Part shown: positions 25,318 to 34,860 of the stretch, in pieces
Position numbering within the stretch: position 1 is the first letter of the stretch
Layout: every line of letters begins with the position of its first letter
Program-made: the position numbers and the translations under genes
Virus record (IMG/VR): IMGVR_UViG_3300027790_000040
Span: 1-44,356 of that record
Source: a virus
Taxonomy: Duplodnaviria > Caudoviricetes
DNA length: 44,356 nt
Reading direction: 5' to 3' (one strand)
Notes under the pieces: generated by a model
Told to the model about the DNA's origin: nothing
What the model saw: only the letters and a program-made list of their open reading frames with translations
The model's database searches: none

Positions 25318-27426
25318 CTATCGGGTCCAGCCGGGGGACCGCTTCGCGGCCATCCTGGATGGGGAAGTGGCAGAGGCGCCCGAGCCGCCGGTGTGCCGCG
25401 GGATCGTCCACTGGGTGGAGTTCCAGCGGTTGCGCGCGGCGTTGTCCCAGGCGCCCGAGTTGGCGGGGGACGGCGGGCTGAGCTGCGTCGAGACGGCAAA
25501 CTGGTAGCCCGCCCCGCCGGGCTGCACCCGGAAGTCGCGCCGGGACCGCACCTCGTCGAGGCTGTCCTGCACGAAGTTGAACGGCAGCGCCGTGCCGATC
25601 CGGTTGGCCGTCGTCCCGCCGCCGGGCAGCGCAGTGAAGTCGGCGATGCTCCGCAGCACGACGCCGTAGAACGTCACGTCGGCCGCGTCCATCTCGGTCT
25701 GCGTCTGCCCAAAGGACTTGAGGCCCTGGATGATGCAGTTGTAGACCCGCGCGTTGGCCCAACCGACCGGGTTGAGCCGCATGTCCTGGTTGATGAACGT
25801 GCAGTGGCTGATGATCGTGTTGGTCATCGGCAGCGACCAGTTGGCGTTGGTCAGCACCGGGCCGTAGCTCTCGCTCTGGGTGTAGTGCCCGCTGTTGCTG
25901 TTGACGTGGACCACGTTCTCCAGCACGTAGCCGTTGAGCGGGTTGCTCCCGGTCGTGTGCGAGGTCTGAATGAGCGCGTGCATCGAGTCGAGGATGCGCA
26001 GCCCCTGGATCCAGTGGTCGCTCAGCGCGGTGCCGTCGCCGTTCGTCTGCAGGATGTCGCCGTGGTTGCCCGGCCCCTGAGCGCCGTTCCAGATGCGGGT
26101 GTTGTACCAGAGCGTGTCGGCCGAGCTGCTGGACTTCATCGGGCTGTCGCCGGCGAAGTCTGAGAAGCTGTTGCCGCGCCCGAGGCGGGCCTGGTCGTTC
26201 CACTCGCCGAAGTGGTGGATGTAGGCCCCGGTGATGAACACCTCGTCGTCGAGCACGCGGCCCGTGTCGATGCCGAACTTCTGGTAGGCGCTGACGGACA
26301 CCGTGGTGGAGGCGTCGAACTCGTCGACCACGGCCTCCTCGACGTAGATGAACGAGCCGTCCACCTCGGCGACCGTGAAGGTCCCGTTGTTCGAGGTGGT
26401 CGTGCTGATGTCGATGGTCTCGCCCACCGCGGGCGCGTGGTTCCAGTCCTCGGGCACGTAGACGCCAGAGCCGACGAACGTGGGCCTCTGGAGCTGGAAC
26501 GACTTGGTGGACGCCACCGCGTCGACCGCGCCCGTGCCCGCGAGGTTGCTGTTCTGGAAGCCCAGCGTGCGCCCGCGCGTGTACCACTCGCACCCGTCCA
26601 CCCACCATGAGCTGCTGCCGTTGGCTGTGATGCGGATCTCGTAGAACTTGATGCCCGGCCGGAAGCGCCAGCGGTTGTGCCCGTTCGGCCCCGGAGTCGT
26701 CCCGCCGGTGGTCGTCCGCGGGATCGTCCCGAAGTCGACGGTCCACTCGATGGTCGGACGGTCCCCGTTCTCCTCGGGGTTCGCCGAGTCGTCGTAGGCG
26801 TCGAACGAGATCCACACGTCGGCGGAGCCCGAGGCCGTGCCGGTGCCCCACGCCTCGGCCATCCAGTCGCGGCGCTGGCCGTCGCCCTTGCCGATCCAGA
26901 CGGTGTCGCCAGGGCTCGCGATGCCCAGCGCCTTGCCGGCCGTCGCGAACGGGTTGGCCCGCGTGCCCGTCCCCGTCGAGTCGCTGCCGCTCTGCGAGAC
27001 GTAGATGTCCTGGGGGATGATGGTCCCGAAGGTGTTGTTGGTGAACTCGTAGGCCGAGAGCGTCTTGCTGAGCCCGTTGACGGTGTAGATCGTCGCCACG
27101 ATGGTGGCGGCGCCGTCGACGACCGCGTTGAGGTCGAACTCGACGTTCCAGTCGCACACAGCCTCGCCGCGCGGCGACTCGTTGGGCCAGGAGGTCGGCC
27201 CGTCGTGCCCGCCGTCGTAGAAGCCTGGGACTTGCCAGGTGCGCGTGCCGCTCGCGGTCTGCGTCACAGCCGGCCCCGAGGCGGGCGTCAGGACGAACTC
27301 GACCCGGTCGATGCTGTCGCCGCTCTCGAAGTCGATGCCTGCCTGGCACCCGATGCGGATGAAACCGGACAGCAGGCTGTAGGGAACCAGCGAGTAGCGG
27401 TTGGGGCTGATGATGGATGCGACCAT
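25318..27426 (-). CDS. Right-handed beta-helix (pectin-lyase-like) protein, putative tailspike/depolymerase
   Basis: IYVSQSGSDSTGTGTRANPFAT..KAL..ASPGDTVWI, HGDILQ and repeated short beta strands with Asn ladders. Confidence 0.75.
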   Translation of the reverse strand: MVASIISPNRYSLVPYSLLSGFIRIGCQAGIDFESGDSIDRVEFVLTPASGPAVTQTASGTRTWQVPGFYDGGHDGPTSWPNESPRGEAVCDWNVEFDLNAVVDGAATIVATIYTVNGLSKTLSAYEFTNNTFGTIIPQDIYVSQSGSDSTGTGTRANPFATAGKALGIASPGDTVWIGKGDGQRRDWMAEAWGTGTASGSADVWISFDAYDDSANPEENGDRPTIEWTVDFGTIPRTTTGGTTPGPNGHNRWRFRPGIKFYEIRITANGSSSWWVDGCEWYTRGRTLGFQNSNLAGTGAVDAVASTKSFQLQRPTFVGSGVYVPEDWNHAPAVGETIDISTTTSNNGTFTVAEVDGSFIYVEEAVVDEFDASTTVSVSAYQKFGIDTGRVLDDEVFITGAYIHHFGEWNDQARLGRGNSFSDFAGDSPMKSSSSADTLWYNTRIWNGAQGPGNHGDILQTNGDGTALSDHWIQGLRILDSMHALIQTSHTTGSNPLNGYVLENVVHVNSNSGHYTQSESYGPVLTNANWSLPMTNTIISHCTFINQDMRLNPVGWANARVYNCIIQGLKSFGQTQTEMDAADVTFYGVVLRSIADFTALPGGGTTANRIGTALPFNFVQDSLDEVRSRRDFRVQPGGAGYQFAVSTQLSPPSPANSGAWDNAARNRWNSTQWTIPRHTGGSGASATSPSRMAAKRSPGWTR

Positions 27427-27433
27427 GGCGTTA

Positions 27434-27685
27434 TCAGAGTGCTGGGGTAGCCAGGAAGTTGTAGGTGGTGCCGTCGTAGTGGAACTGCACCGTCCCCGCG
27501 TCGGTCATCCACACGTCGCCGCCTGCGACGCCGGACGGCGCATCCGCTGACAGCTCCAGGCGGATCTTCCGCAGCGTGGGCGACAAACGCATCCTGCGGA
27601 TCATGGCCGACCGCTCGCGCGCCCGGTTGACCCCAGCGGCTTCCTTGTTCGGCGTGCCCTGGCGCTGCTTGGTGATCTTGGCCAT
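27434..27685 (-). CDS. Hypothetical small protein, fibre-associated
   Basis: 83 aa; C-terminal APSGVAGGDVW...FHYDGT resembles fibre repeats; RBS GGAG. Confidence 0.7.
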   Translation of the reverse strand: MAKITKQRQGTPNKEAAGVNRARERSAMIRRMRLSPTLRKIRLELSADAPSGVAGGDVWMTDAGTVQFHYDGTTYNFLATPAL

Positions 27686-27712
27686 CGGGTGCGAGTCTAC
27701 TCCCCAGCCGCG

Positions 27713-27934
27713 CTATTTGTCCGGCGGGTACTTCGCCTGCTGCGCTGCGACAGCCGCCTGGTGGCGGGCCGCGAAATCGTCGTAGCTCTCATCGGGCTGC
27801 TGGTGGGTGGTGACGGTGTGCGTGACGCCGCCAGAGGTCCAGGTCGTGGTGAGTGTCATGGGAGACGGTTTTACCCGCTGCGCCCCGATCACCACACAGG
27901 CCGAAACCGCGGCAGCGACGAGGAGCGCCCGCAC
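27713..27934 (-). CDS. Hypothetical small protein with hydrophobic N-terminus
   Basis: GTG start after AAAGGGAG; alternative ATG at 27859. Confidence 0.55.
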   Translation of the reverse strand: MRALLVAAAVSACVVIGAQRVKPSPMTLTTTWTSGGVTHTVTTHQQPDESYDDFAARHQAAVAAQQAKYPPDK

Positions 27935-28013
27935 CGTTGGGTCTCCCTTTCGTTCCTCCCCCATCCACAGGACGTTACGTCCGCGGGTTCCTCGGCGAGA
28001 CTGGGGAATTCCC

Positions 28014-28715
28014 CTACTCCACCGACTGGTAGGCACCGCGCAGGTCGTCGATCATCGCCCGCACGTAGCCCGGCCGGTTGTACATGGACCTGGTGTTCTC
28101 GGCGTACTGGGCCTCGTCAGCACTCGACATCGGGTTCTCGCCGGTGACGGCGTGCCCGAAGTTGAGGCTCACATACCAGAGCACGCCGCCCTCCTGCCAC
28201 AGGAACGGGAGCACGATCGACGCCACCGTCCCCTGGTCCGCGTACTGGAGGCCCAGCTCGCCGGCGACGTTGTTGTCGCGCACGATCAGCATGCCCCGCT
28301 TGGCGCTCACGGTCTCCAGGAGCTTGCCCAGGAACTCGGTGTACCACGGGTCCGCGCGCCAGCCCTGCCATAGCTTCTGGGTGTTCGGCTCGCCCGGCCC
28401 CACGGCCTGCGCCGGGTTGCTCACGTAGAGCGGGCCAGCGCCCTTCCAGGCGTCGCCGCCGTTGCTGGCGACGAGCACGAGCGCGCGCTGCAACCCCTTG
28501 GCATCCACCCACCGTTGCAGCAGCGCCTTGAGCGCAGCCACGCGGCGCATCTCCCGCAGGCTGGCCTTGAGCTGCCGCGACGCGGTGACCGCGGACTCCG
28601 TCTTGCGGAACCTGTCGCCGATCGCCAGCCACGCCGCTCGCACCGACGGCACGAACTTGACGAGCGCGGCAAGGATCGCCGCGAGGCTTCCTATGATCGT
28701 CGCGGCGGTCTCCAC
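28014..28715 (-). CDS. Single-TM protein with GAF-like C-terminal domain (T4 holin T-like architecture)
   Basis: N-terminal TM IIGSLAAILAALVKFV, then RALVLVASNGG...ASIVLPFLWQEGGVLWYVSLNF. Confidence 0.55.
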   Translation of the reverse strand: METAATIIGSLAAILAALVKFVPSVRAAWLAIGDRFRKTESAVTASRQLKASLREMRRVAALKALLQRWVDAKGLQRALVLVASNGGDAWKGAGPLYVSNPAQAVGPGEPNTQKLWQGWRADPWYTEFLGKLLETVSAKRGMLIVRDNNVAGELGLQYADQGTVASIVLPFLWQEGGVLWYVSLNFGHAVTGENPMSSADEAQYAENTRSMYNRPGYVRAMIDDLRGAYQSVE

Positions 28716-28727
28716 GGTCGGCTGGGG

Positions 28728-29270
28728 TCACACTTCGGCGGGCGGCTTCAACGCTCCAGCGTTGCTCTCCAGCGCGGCCAGCGTCGTCGCCAGCGTGGCC
28801 GCGTCGAGCTCGCCACCTTCGAGCGAGGTGATGATGGGGGTCAGCGTTGCCTCAACCGGACGGGCGTCCAGCCAGACATCGAAGAACCGCTCCAGCCATT
28901 CGGCCGCCTTGGCGCGGATCGGGTCGAACTCCGTCGCGGCGTTCTCGACCGTGCGCTTGAGGACTAGCTGCACCTTCTTCCTGTCCAGGACGCCCGGATC
29001 GGGGTCATCCTCCGCGAGCGTGCTGAGCTTCTGCATGAGCAGCACGGCGCTCTCGGTCCACTGCTCGGCCTCGAAGATCGCTGGAGTCGCCTCCATGTCG
29101 CGGATCTCCTGGAAGGCGTCGGCGAGGTCCTGCGCCTCCTCCGCGGGATCGTCGCTGCCGCGCAGCGTGCGGATCGTGCGCCGGATCGCCCGAAGCTTCA
29201 CCGGGTCGGTGGTTGCGTCGCGCTGAGCGCGGAGAGCCCGTAGGGCGTCGATGAGTCGGGTGACTGCCAT
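28728..29270 (-). CDS. Hypothetical helical protein
   Basis: 180-aa ORF in the operon; RBS AAGGA. Confidence 0.75.
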   Translation of the reverse strand: MAVTRLIDALRALRAQRDATTDPVKLRAIRRTIRTLRGSDDPAEEAQDLADAFQEIRDMEATPAIFEAEQWTESAVLLMQKLSTLAEDDPDPGVLDRKKVQLVLKRTVENAATEFDPIRAKAAEWLERFFDVWLDARPVEATLTPIITSLEGGELDAATLATTLAALESNAGALKPPAEV

Positions 29271-29272
29271 GG

Positions 29273-29488
29273 CTATTCCTTATCGGCGAGCAAGCCGTTC
29301 ACGGCGCGCTCTTCTGCGGGTGAGAGGTCACGGTCGGGGGCCGGCTGCTGCGCCTGCTGGTGCTCTTGAACGGCCTGTTGTAGCAGCGAGATGCCTTGCG
29401 CTACCTCTTTGTATGGCCGGGTCGCGAGGTATTGGAGGACGCCGTCGAGCACGTTGGCCGGGACGGGGATGGATTCGGGTTGGTTCAT
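29273..29488 (-). CDS. Putative tail fibre chaperone/assembly protein
   Basis: VPANVLDGVLQYLATRPYKEVAQGI; directly downstream of the fibre gene. Confidence 0.6.
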   Translation of the reverse strand: MNQPESIPVPANVLDGVLQYLATRPYKEVAQGISLLQQAVQEHQQAQQPAPDRDLSPAEERAVNGLLADKE

Positions 29489-29498
29489 GGGGGTGTTC

Positions 29499-30770
29499 CT
29501 AGGTGACAGTCACGGTGCGCCACGCGGTGCCGTCGTGAAGGTGCAGCGTGTTCGCTACGCTGTTGTAGTAGAGGCGCCCAGCAGAGCCCGTCGGGGCTGC
29601 GGAGATTCCGCTTATCTGCACCGCCCCGGTGTCCAGCGCGGTAAACGTGTTGCCGCCACCAGTCCTGATAACGACGCTACCGGAGGTCAACGCCTCGACA
29701 TAACAGTTGGCTGCCGTCGAACGAAGGTAGGTGTTCTGTCCCGACGCACCAAGCAAGATGTTATTGGTGCCGTCGTGATAAAGCTTGAAGTCATCGCTCG
29801 CCCCCACCGCGATGTTGGGCGATCCGCTCGACCCATCCCACGGCGAGTGCAGCGTCCCGTCCGCGTCGGCCACATACATTGCATGGGCCTGACCTGTGGT
29901 CTGGAAGTCAATCTTAGCCCCAGACTGGACGGTTCCGGAGCCTACGACGAACGCGCCGCCAGAGTCCCACTTGCCCCGCGTCGTATTGTTCGTTATGAAA
30001 AAGTATGAAGCCGAGTTGTTGGTCCCGGCAAACATGCTTCCTGTGTAGCTATAGGTATAACTATTTGACCCGTCATGCCAGAGTCGAAGGTCGTCGGCGG
30101 CCCCGAGGCTGATGTTAGGCGATGTGCCATCTCCATCCCACGGCGAGTGCAGCGTCCCGTCGGCGTCGGCGACGTAGACGGATCCGCTTCCGTGCGCCGT
30201 CGTCGTGACCTGGAACGCGCGGCCGGATGTGGGGGTGGTGGCGGCGACGCCGACGTTGACGCCGCTTGCGTTCCAAGCCATCACCGTGGTAGCGGTGCCA
30301 GACTTGAGAAGCCCTGTGCCGCTTGCGCCCGGATTCACCAGAATACGGTCGATACTCCCTGCGGTAACATCCCGCAAAGACAAGCTACCTCCCGTCCCCT
30401 TTATCAAGCGCCACTCTTGCGTGGCGTCCTCGATGACGAACCCCCCGGCCACCCCGCTGCCCGTCATGGTGACGCCCGCGTAGACGTTGCTGGCACCACC
30501 GACGGTGAGTTCGTCTGAAGGGCTCGCCGTCCCGACGCCGAGACGCCCGGTGGCGCCCTTCACCGTCAACGCGGCCACGCCGTCGATCAGGCCCTCAGCG
30601 TCGTCGGCCGACGTGACGTCGAACATGACCGATGGGTCGGACCCGGTCGGCAGCAGGGAGGTGTCGATGATGCCGTCGCTGTTGGCATCCAAGCCAAGGC
30701 CTGCCAAGCCCAGAGGGTTGGCGGTGCTCGGCGCGGGCTCGCGGAGCCCTTGAACTGGGTTGACGGCCAT
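29499..30770 (-). CDS. Tail fibre-like protein
   Basis: GRLGVGTASPSDELTVGG, G/S/T-rich, APTGSAGRLYYNS...HDGTAW and an internal duplication. Confidence 0.8.
   Translation of the reverse strand: MAVNPVQGLREPAPSTANPLGLAGLGLDANSDGIIDTSLLPTGSDPSVMFDVTSADDAEGLIDGVAALTVKGATGRLGVGTASPSDELTVGGASNVYAGVTMTGSGVAGGFVIEDATQEWRLIKGTGGSLSLRDVTAGSIDRILVNPGASGTGLLKSGTATTVMAWNASGVNVGVAATTPTSGRAFQVTTTAHGSGSVYVADADGTLHSPWDGDGTSPNISLGAADDLRLWHDGSNSYTYSYTGSMFAGTNNSASYFFITNNTTRGKWDSGGAFVVGSGTVQSGAKIDFQTTGQAHAMYVADADGTLHSPWDGSSGSPNIAVGASDDFKLYHDGTNNILLGASGQNTYLRSTAANCYVEALTSGSVVIRTGGGNTFTALDTGAVQISGISAAPTGSAGRLYYNSVANTLHLHDGTAWRTVTVT
29833..30176 (-). repeat. Internal duplication in the fibre gene (two copies exactly 300 bp apart)
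   Basis: CCATCCCACGGCGAGTGCAGCGTCCCGTC at 29833 and 30133; YVADADGTLHSPWDG occurs twice. Confidence 0.9.
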
Positions 30771-32482
30771 TAGATGGGCTCCTCGATCGGTTCAGATTGT
30801 TGTTGTGGGACTTGTGACAGGTTGCGCGCCGCCTCGGACTGCGTCTTCTGGACCTCCGCGGCTTCTCGTGCTGCCTGCGCCTGAGCGCGTGCGCGGCGGA
30901 GGGCTTCCACCGACTCCTCGTCGTTGATGAGTTCGGTCGGCACCCCGAGGATGCGCCCGTAGTGGGACACCGCCTTGTCGAGGTTGACCACGTCGAGCAC
31001 GTCGGGCCGCACCTGGGCGACCTGCAGGACAGAGCCGACGAAACGGTCGATGCTGTTGCTGCCGATCGCGCGCTGGGCCTGGGCGAGCAGCGACACGAAC
31101 TCGATGTCGATGTCCTGCCCCGCCATCTCCTCGGGCGGCGGCGGGAGCATCCCGCGCTGCATCATCATCCCGAACGTGCGCTCGATGAGCGGCTGCAGCA
31201 TCTCGTTGTGCAGGCGCTCCAGCACTGGCCCGATGCCCAGGAGCTTCTCCTCGTGGCGCTCTGCGACCTCGGTGGCGGTCATGTTCTTGTCGCTCATCGC
31301 GATCATCAGGAACAGGTCCGCATAGAACGCCGAGTTGATCCGGCCCCGCACGTCGACGATGTCCTCGCGCAGGTCGTTCAGGTCGATGTTCGTCTCGAAC
31401 ATCGTGCGGATGCCGCCGTGCGGGGTCGCCTGGTTGTAGGGCAGCGTCGTGCCCGGCTCGACGTAGGTGACGCCGCCGGGCAGCATGGAGTTGCTGCGGT
31501 CGCGCAGCTCGTTGGGCACCTGCAGCGGCGGGCGCACCTTGTAGTCGATGCCTTGGGCCTTGCGGAGCTGCTCGTGCTGGAGCTGCCGCACGTCGCCGAG
31601 GGCCTCCATGCCGGGGCTCACGCCGTAGACATCCTGGCCTTCGACGATCCACCGCGGGGCGATGACCGGGAACTCCTCGAAGCCCGACTCGCGCAGGAAG
31701 CGCGTGTGATCCTGGACGGCGCTCTCCAGGTAGATTGAGGCCCACGGCATGTGCTTGGGCGATGGGTTCTTGGGGTCCCGCTGGCCGGCCTCTGGGTAGC
31801 GGTCGTCCCGCGGCTCGATGGCGTGGACGATCTCCACGCCGCGGTCCAGGTCCCCGTTGGCGAAAGCCTGCTGGGTGTCCTTCGAGCAGCTGTCGAGCCC
31901 GAACTGGCGCACGACCTCCGAGACGGTCATCTCGAACTCGCGGTACATCGTCACGATGTTGCCGCGGTGGTCGCGCTGCAGGGCATACTCGCCGGTCGCC
32001 ACCGGGTAGTGGTGGATGACGCTCTGCTCGTCGGGTAGCACGAGGTTGACCGCGGTGCCGAAGACCGCGAGCTGCTCGTAGATTTGGTGCAGCGATCGGT
32101 AGGTGTTGGCGCGGGCGAACACGCGCTGCATCCGGTCCACGACGCCGTCGAGCCACTCCCGCACGGGCAGGAACTCCGCCAGGTCGGGGTCCGCGGTGGT
32201 GAGCTTGAACCACGGGCGGCTGGGGTTGCTCGCGCCGGCCTGCATGCCCGAAGCCAGCGTGCGCACCGCGCGGGTCGCCGTGTTGTCGAGGATCGAGTTG
32301 TAGTCGCCGCGGGAGCTGCGGTTCCGGTCGGTCGAGTAGAACCGGCCCGAGCGCGGCTTGAGGTGCTCGTCGAGGTCGCGCCAGTGCGCGCGCCAGGTGG
32401 ACTGCTCCGCCTTCAACCGCTGGTGGCGTGCCAGCACGCCGCGGTATCGGTCCTCAGTCTGGCTCCAGTCGTATGCCCTCAA
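30770..32482 (-). CDS. Portal (head-to-tail connector, Bbp21/T7 gp8-like)
   Basis: ILDNTATRAVRTLASG, SRPWFKL, ESGFEEFP..APRW...DVYGVSPGMEALGD and MTATEVAERHEEKL..IGPVLERL; TTG start after GGAGG. Confidence 0.95.
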   Translation of the reverse strand: MRAYDWSQTEDRYRGVLARHQRLKAEQSTWRAHWRDLDEHLKPRSGRFYSTDRNRSSRGDYNSILDNTATRAVRTLASGMQAGASNPSRPWFKLTTADPDLAEFLPVREWLDGVVDRMQRVFARANTYRSLHQIYEQLAVFGTAVNLVLPDEQSVIHHYPVATGEYALQRDHRGNIVTMYREFEMTVSEVVRQFGLDSCSKDTQQAFANGDLDRGVEIVHAIEPRDDRYPEAGQRDPKNPSPKHMPWASIYLESAVQDHTRFLRESGFEEFPVIAPRWIVEGQDVYGVSPGMEALGDVRQLQHEQLRKAQGIDYKVRPPLQVPNELRDRSNSMLPGGVTYVEPGTTLPYNQATPHGGIRTMFETNIDLNDLREDIVDVRGRINSAFYADLFLMIAMSDKNMTATEVAERHEEKLLGIGPVLERLHNEMLQPLIERTFGMMMQRGMLPPPPEEMAGQDIDIEFVSLLAQAQRAIGSNSIDRFVGSVLQVAQVRPDVLDVVNLDKAVSHYGRILGVPTELINDEESVEALRRARAQAQAAREAAEVQKTQSEAARNLSQVPQQQSEPIEEPI

Positions 32483-32483
32483 C

Positions 32484-32813
32484 CTATCCTCCGAGCATGG
32501 ACTGCTGGCCCAGCAGCATGGAGCCACGACGCAGCCCCGAGGAGCCGGTCAGAAGCGTGGACGAGAGCTGGCTGTCCTTCTGGGCTGCCCCGAGCAGTGC
32601 GCCAGCGCCCTCGGTGGAGGGCTTCTCCTGCTGCTGCGAGCGCCGCTGCTGGGCGGCTGCCATCGCGGCCTGGGTCTTCTGGGCCTTCTCCTGGGCGGCG
32701 CGCTGCTCCTTGGCGCTGCGCCGCTGGCGATCGCCCCCGTAGACGGCCGCGCCCGTGGCTGCGACCGCCGTGGCCAGTTGCGAATACGCCGCCAGTGCTC
32801 CTGTTGCACCCAT
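32484..32813 (-). CDS. Small virion protein upstream of the portal
   Basis: A/Q-rich with C-terminal STLLTGSSG...LGQQSMLGG, typical of this position. Confidence 0.8.
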   Translation of the reverse strand: MGATGALAAYSQLATAVAATGAAVYGGDRQRRSAKEQRAAQEKAQKTQAAMAAAQQRRSQQQEKPSTEGAGALLGAAQKDSQLSSTLLTGSSGLRRGSMLLGQQSMLGG

Positions 32814-32815
32814 GC

Positions 32816-33274
32816 TCAGAGGTTCCTCGTGTAGATCGTTTCCTGCAGCCGGTAGGACATGCTGGGCAGGATCTCCTGCAGCGCGGTGCCCTCCTTGGCG
32901 TGCCAGGCCATGACGTTGGCGCCACGCTTGGCTGCCTCTTCCTCGGTGGCCTTGATGAGTCGGACGCCGATGGTCCCGCGACGATGCTGCTTCCGCACGA
33001 ACAGCACGTCGTTGTAGGCCCAGATCGACCGCCGGTAGTGCAGGTGCGGCTGCACCAGGCACGCGGAGTAGCCGATCAGCTCCGAGCCGATCCAGACGCA
33101 CAGGGCGAACATCGCGCCGCTGGCGATCAGCGACTCGTAGCGGTCCCAGGCGGGGTCGAGACGCAGCGCACCCTTGTCGACGCACAGCTCGTCGTAGTGC
33201 TCGTCCAGCAGCTCCAGACCATGCACGCGCAGGTCGTCGGGCTCACCGGGCCTGATTGTGGCGGCGTCCTTCAC
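32816..33274 (-). CDS. GNAT-family acetyltransferase
   Basis: LDPAWDRY, LIGYS...PHLHY and DVLFVRKQHRRGTIGVRLIKATEEEAAKRG (motif A). Confidence 0.85.
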   Translation of the reverse strand: MKDAATIRPGEPDDLRVHGLELLDEHYDELCVDKGALRLDPAWDRYESLIASGAMFALCVWIGSELIGYSACLVQPHLHYRRSIWAYNDVLFVRKQHRRGTIGVRLIKATEEEAAKRGANVMAWHAKEGTALQEILPSMSYRLQETIYTRNL

Positions 33275-33297
33275 GCGCCGCAGGTTAGCCGTGCTCG

Positions 33298-34860
33298 CTA
33301 CAGGTCCGCGTAGGGGTCGTATTCGGCGGAACGGTTCGGCCGAATCGGGAGATCGCGGAACTTCGGCGTGTCGATCATCGCCAGGCACATGGCGCTGCCG
33401 TAGTCGGGCGACCGGCCCAGGCGCTTCACGATCTCGTCGCGGCCCTCGACCTTGATGGTGCGGCCCGAGAGCTGCCACTTCGGCGCCGCCAGGTCGGCCA
33501 GCAGCTTCCGGTTCGGCGGCAGCGACAGCCCGGTCACCCGCGCGTGCGTCGGGTCCAGCGCCTCGCGCAGCCGCCACCACAGCTCGCTGCGCCAGTTGAA
33601 GAACGTCATGTTGGCCAGGCTCATCCCGCGGGCGGGCTGGCCCACATCGCAGCCGATCACCTGGATGCCCAGCCGCATCAGCTCGCCGTAGGGTTGCGCC
33701 CCGACGCCGAACAGGTCGAGGTGGATGACCGCGTCGCCAGACTGCGCGGCGACGATGAAGCCCGCCACCGTGCGCCCGTCCTTGCACTCGCGGCCCTCGT
33801 AGACGATCGGCTCGGAGAACCAGTAGCCGTGCCGGCAGATGATGACGGTGTTGTCCCGTCCGCCGAGCGCCACGTCCACGCCCACCGAGTCCATCGGGGC
33901 GAGCGCGGTGGGCTTCTTCCACCTGGCCATGGCCTCCTCGATCCACAGCGTGGGGATCACCTGGTAGGGGTCGTCCTCCATGCTGGCGTGGAAGTCGCCT
34001 TCCAGCATCTGCGAGCGCAGCGGCTCGGGCAGGCCCTGCAGGACGGAGAGGTACTCGCGGCCGAAGTAGGGGTTGTCCGTCACCCGGCTGGGGATGAACG
34101 TCCGCGACATCGGCTGGATGATCTTCTCGGCCGGCCACTCCTCGGGGTCGAAGTCGGCCACCCACTCGTCATCGACGACGACAAACGGCGTGGCGTCTTC
34201 GACCTCGTGCTCCTCGCCGTCCACCGAGGCGAACCAGCGGATCTCGCCGGGCTTCGCGGGGTCGGGGTGCTTCTTGTCCAGCCACGGGCCAAAGAAGTCG
34301 ATGATCCACAGGCCGTCGCTGCTCGTCGGCGGGTTGAACGTCAGCAGCGTCATGCACCGCTGGCTTTCGTCCGTCGAGCGCACCCAGCCCATGAGGAAGC
34401 GCACCTGGTCTTCCAGGAAGTTGGCCGCCTCGTCGAACCAGAGCAGGTCCTTCGCGCGGCCCTGATACTTGGAGCGATCGTTGAGGTGCGGCACCGAGCC
34501 GAACTCGATCACCTTGCAGGTCGGCGTCGGGTTGCGCCACACCGGCGGCTTGCCGCCCAGCCCGTTGCGGTGGCCGAGGATCTCCTCGACCCGGTCGACC
34601 AGGGATCGCAGCTCGGTGCCTTCGCGGCGGAAGACCTGGCACACCGAGTGCTTCGTGAGCGCCAGGCCGAGGCCCAGGTCAGACTTGCCGCCCCCGGCCG
34701 CGCCGCCGAATCCCAGCACGTCGACCTTGGCGTTGTACGCCCGCTGCTGCGGCTCGTTGTTCGGGTGCGGGCGCCACACCGGCAGGTTGGCGGTCTCCAC
34801 CAGGAGGTCGAGCCGCTGGCGTTCCTCGTTGGTCAGGTATCGGAGGAGCTTCGGGTCCAC
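33298..34860 (-). CDS. terL: Terminase large subunit
   Basis: Walker A GGAAGGGKS, Walker B LLWFDEA, TFNPP, DNPY, nuclease GVDVALGGRD and RSPDYG. Confidence 0.96.
   Translation of the reverse strand: MDPKLLRYLTNEERQRLDLLVETANLPVWRPHPNNEPQQRAYNAKVDVLGFGGAAGGGKSDLGLGLALTKHSVCQVFRREGTELRSLVDRVEEILGHRNGLGGKPPVWRNPTPTCKVIEFGSVPHLNDRSKYQGRAKDLLWFDEAANFLEDQVRFLMGWVRSTDESQRCMTLLTFNPPTSSDGLWIIDFFGPWLDKKHPDPAKPGEIRWFASVDGEEHEVEDATPFVVVDDEWVADFDPEEWPAEKIIQPMSRTFIPSRVTDNPYFGREYLSVLQGLPEPLRSQMLEGDFHASMEDDPYQVIPTLWIEEAMARWKKPTALAPMDSVGVDVALGGRDNTVIICRHGYWFSEPIVYEGRECKDGRTVAGFIVAAQSGDAVIHLDLFGVGAQPYGELMRLGIQVIGCDVGQPARGMSLANMTFFNWRSELWWRLREALDPTHARVTGLSLPPNRKLLADLAAPKWQLSGRTIKVEGRDEIVKRLGRSPDYGSAMCLAMIDTPKFRDLPIRPNRSAEYDPYADL

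Noticed and set aside
29499-30770. Diversity-generating retroelement as in BPP-1
   Set aside because: No reverse transcriptase is present. Both repeat copies are in-frame coding and their differences are not adenine-specific.
32816-33274. GNAT as a tRNA-acetylating toxin partnered with the tRNA-like RNAs
   Set aside because: It is far from the RNA unit, has no antitoxin gene and sits in the virion module where such GNATs are common in podoviruses. No sequence evidence links them.
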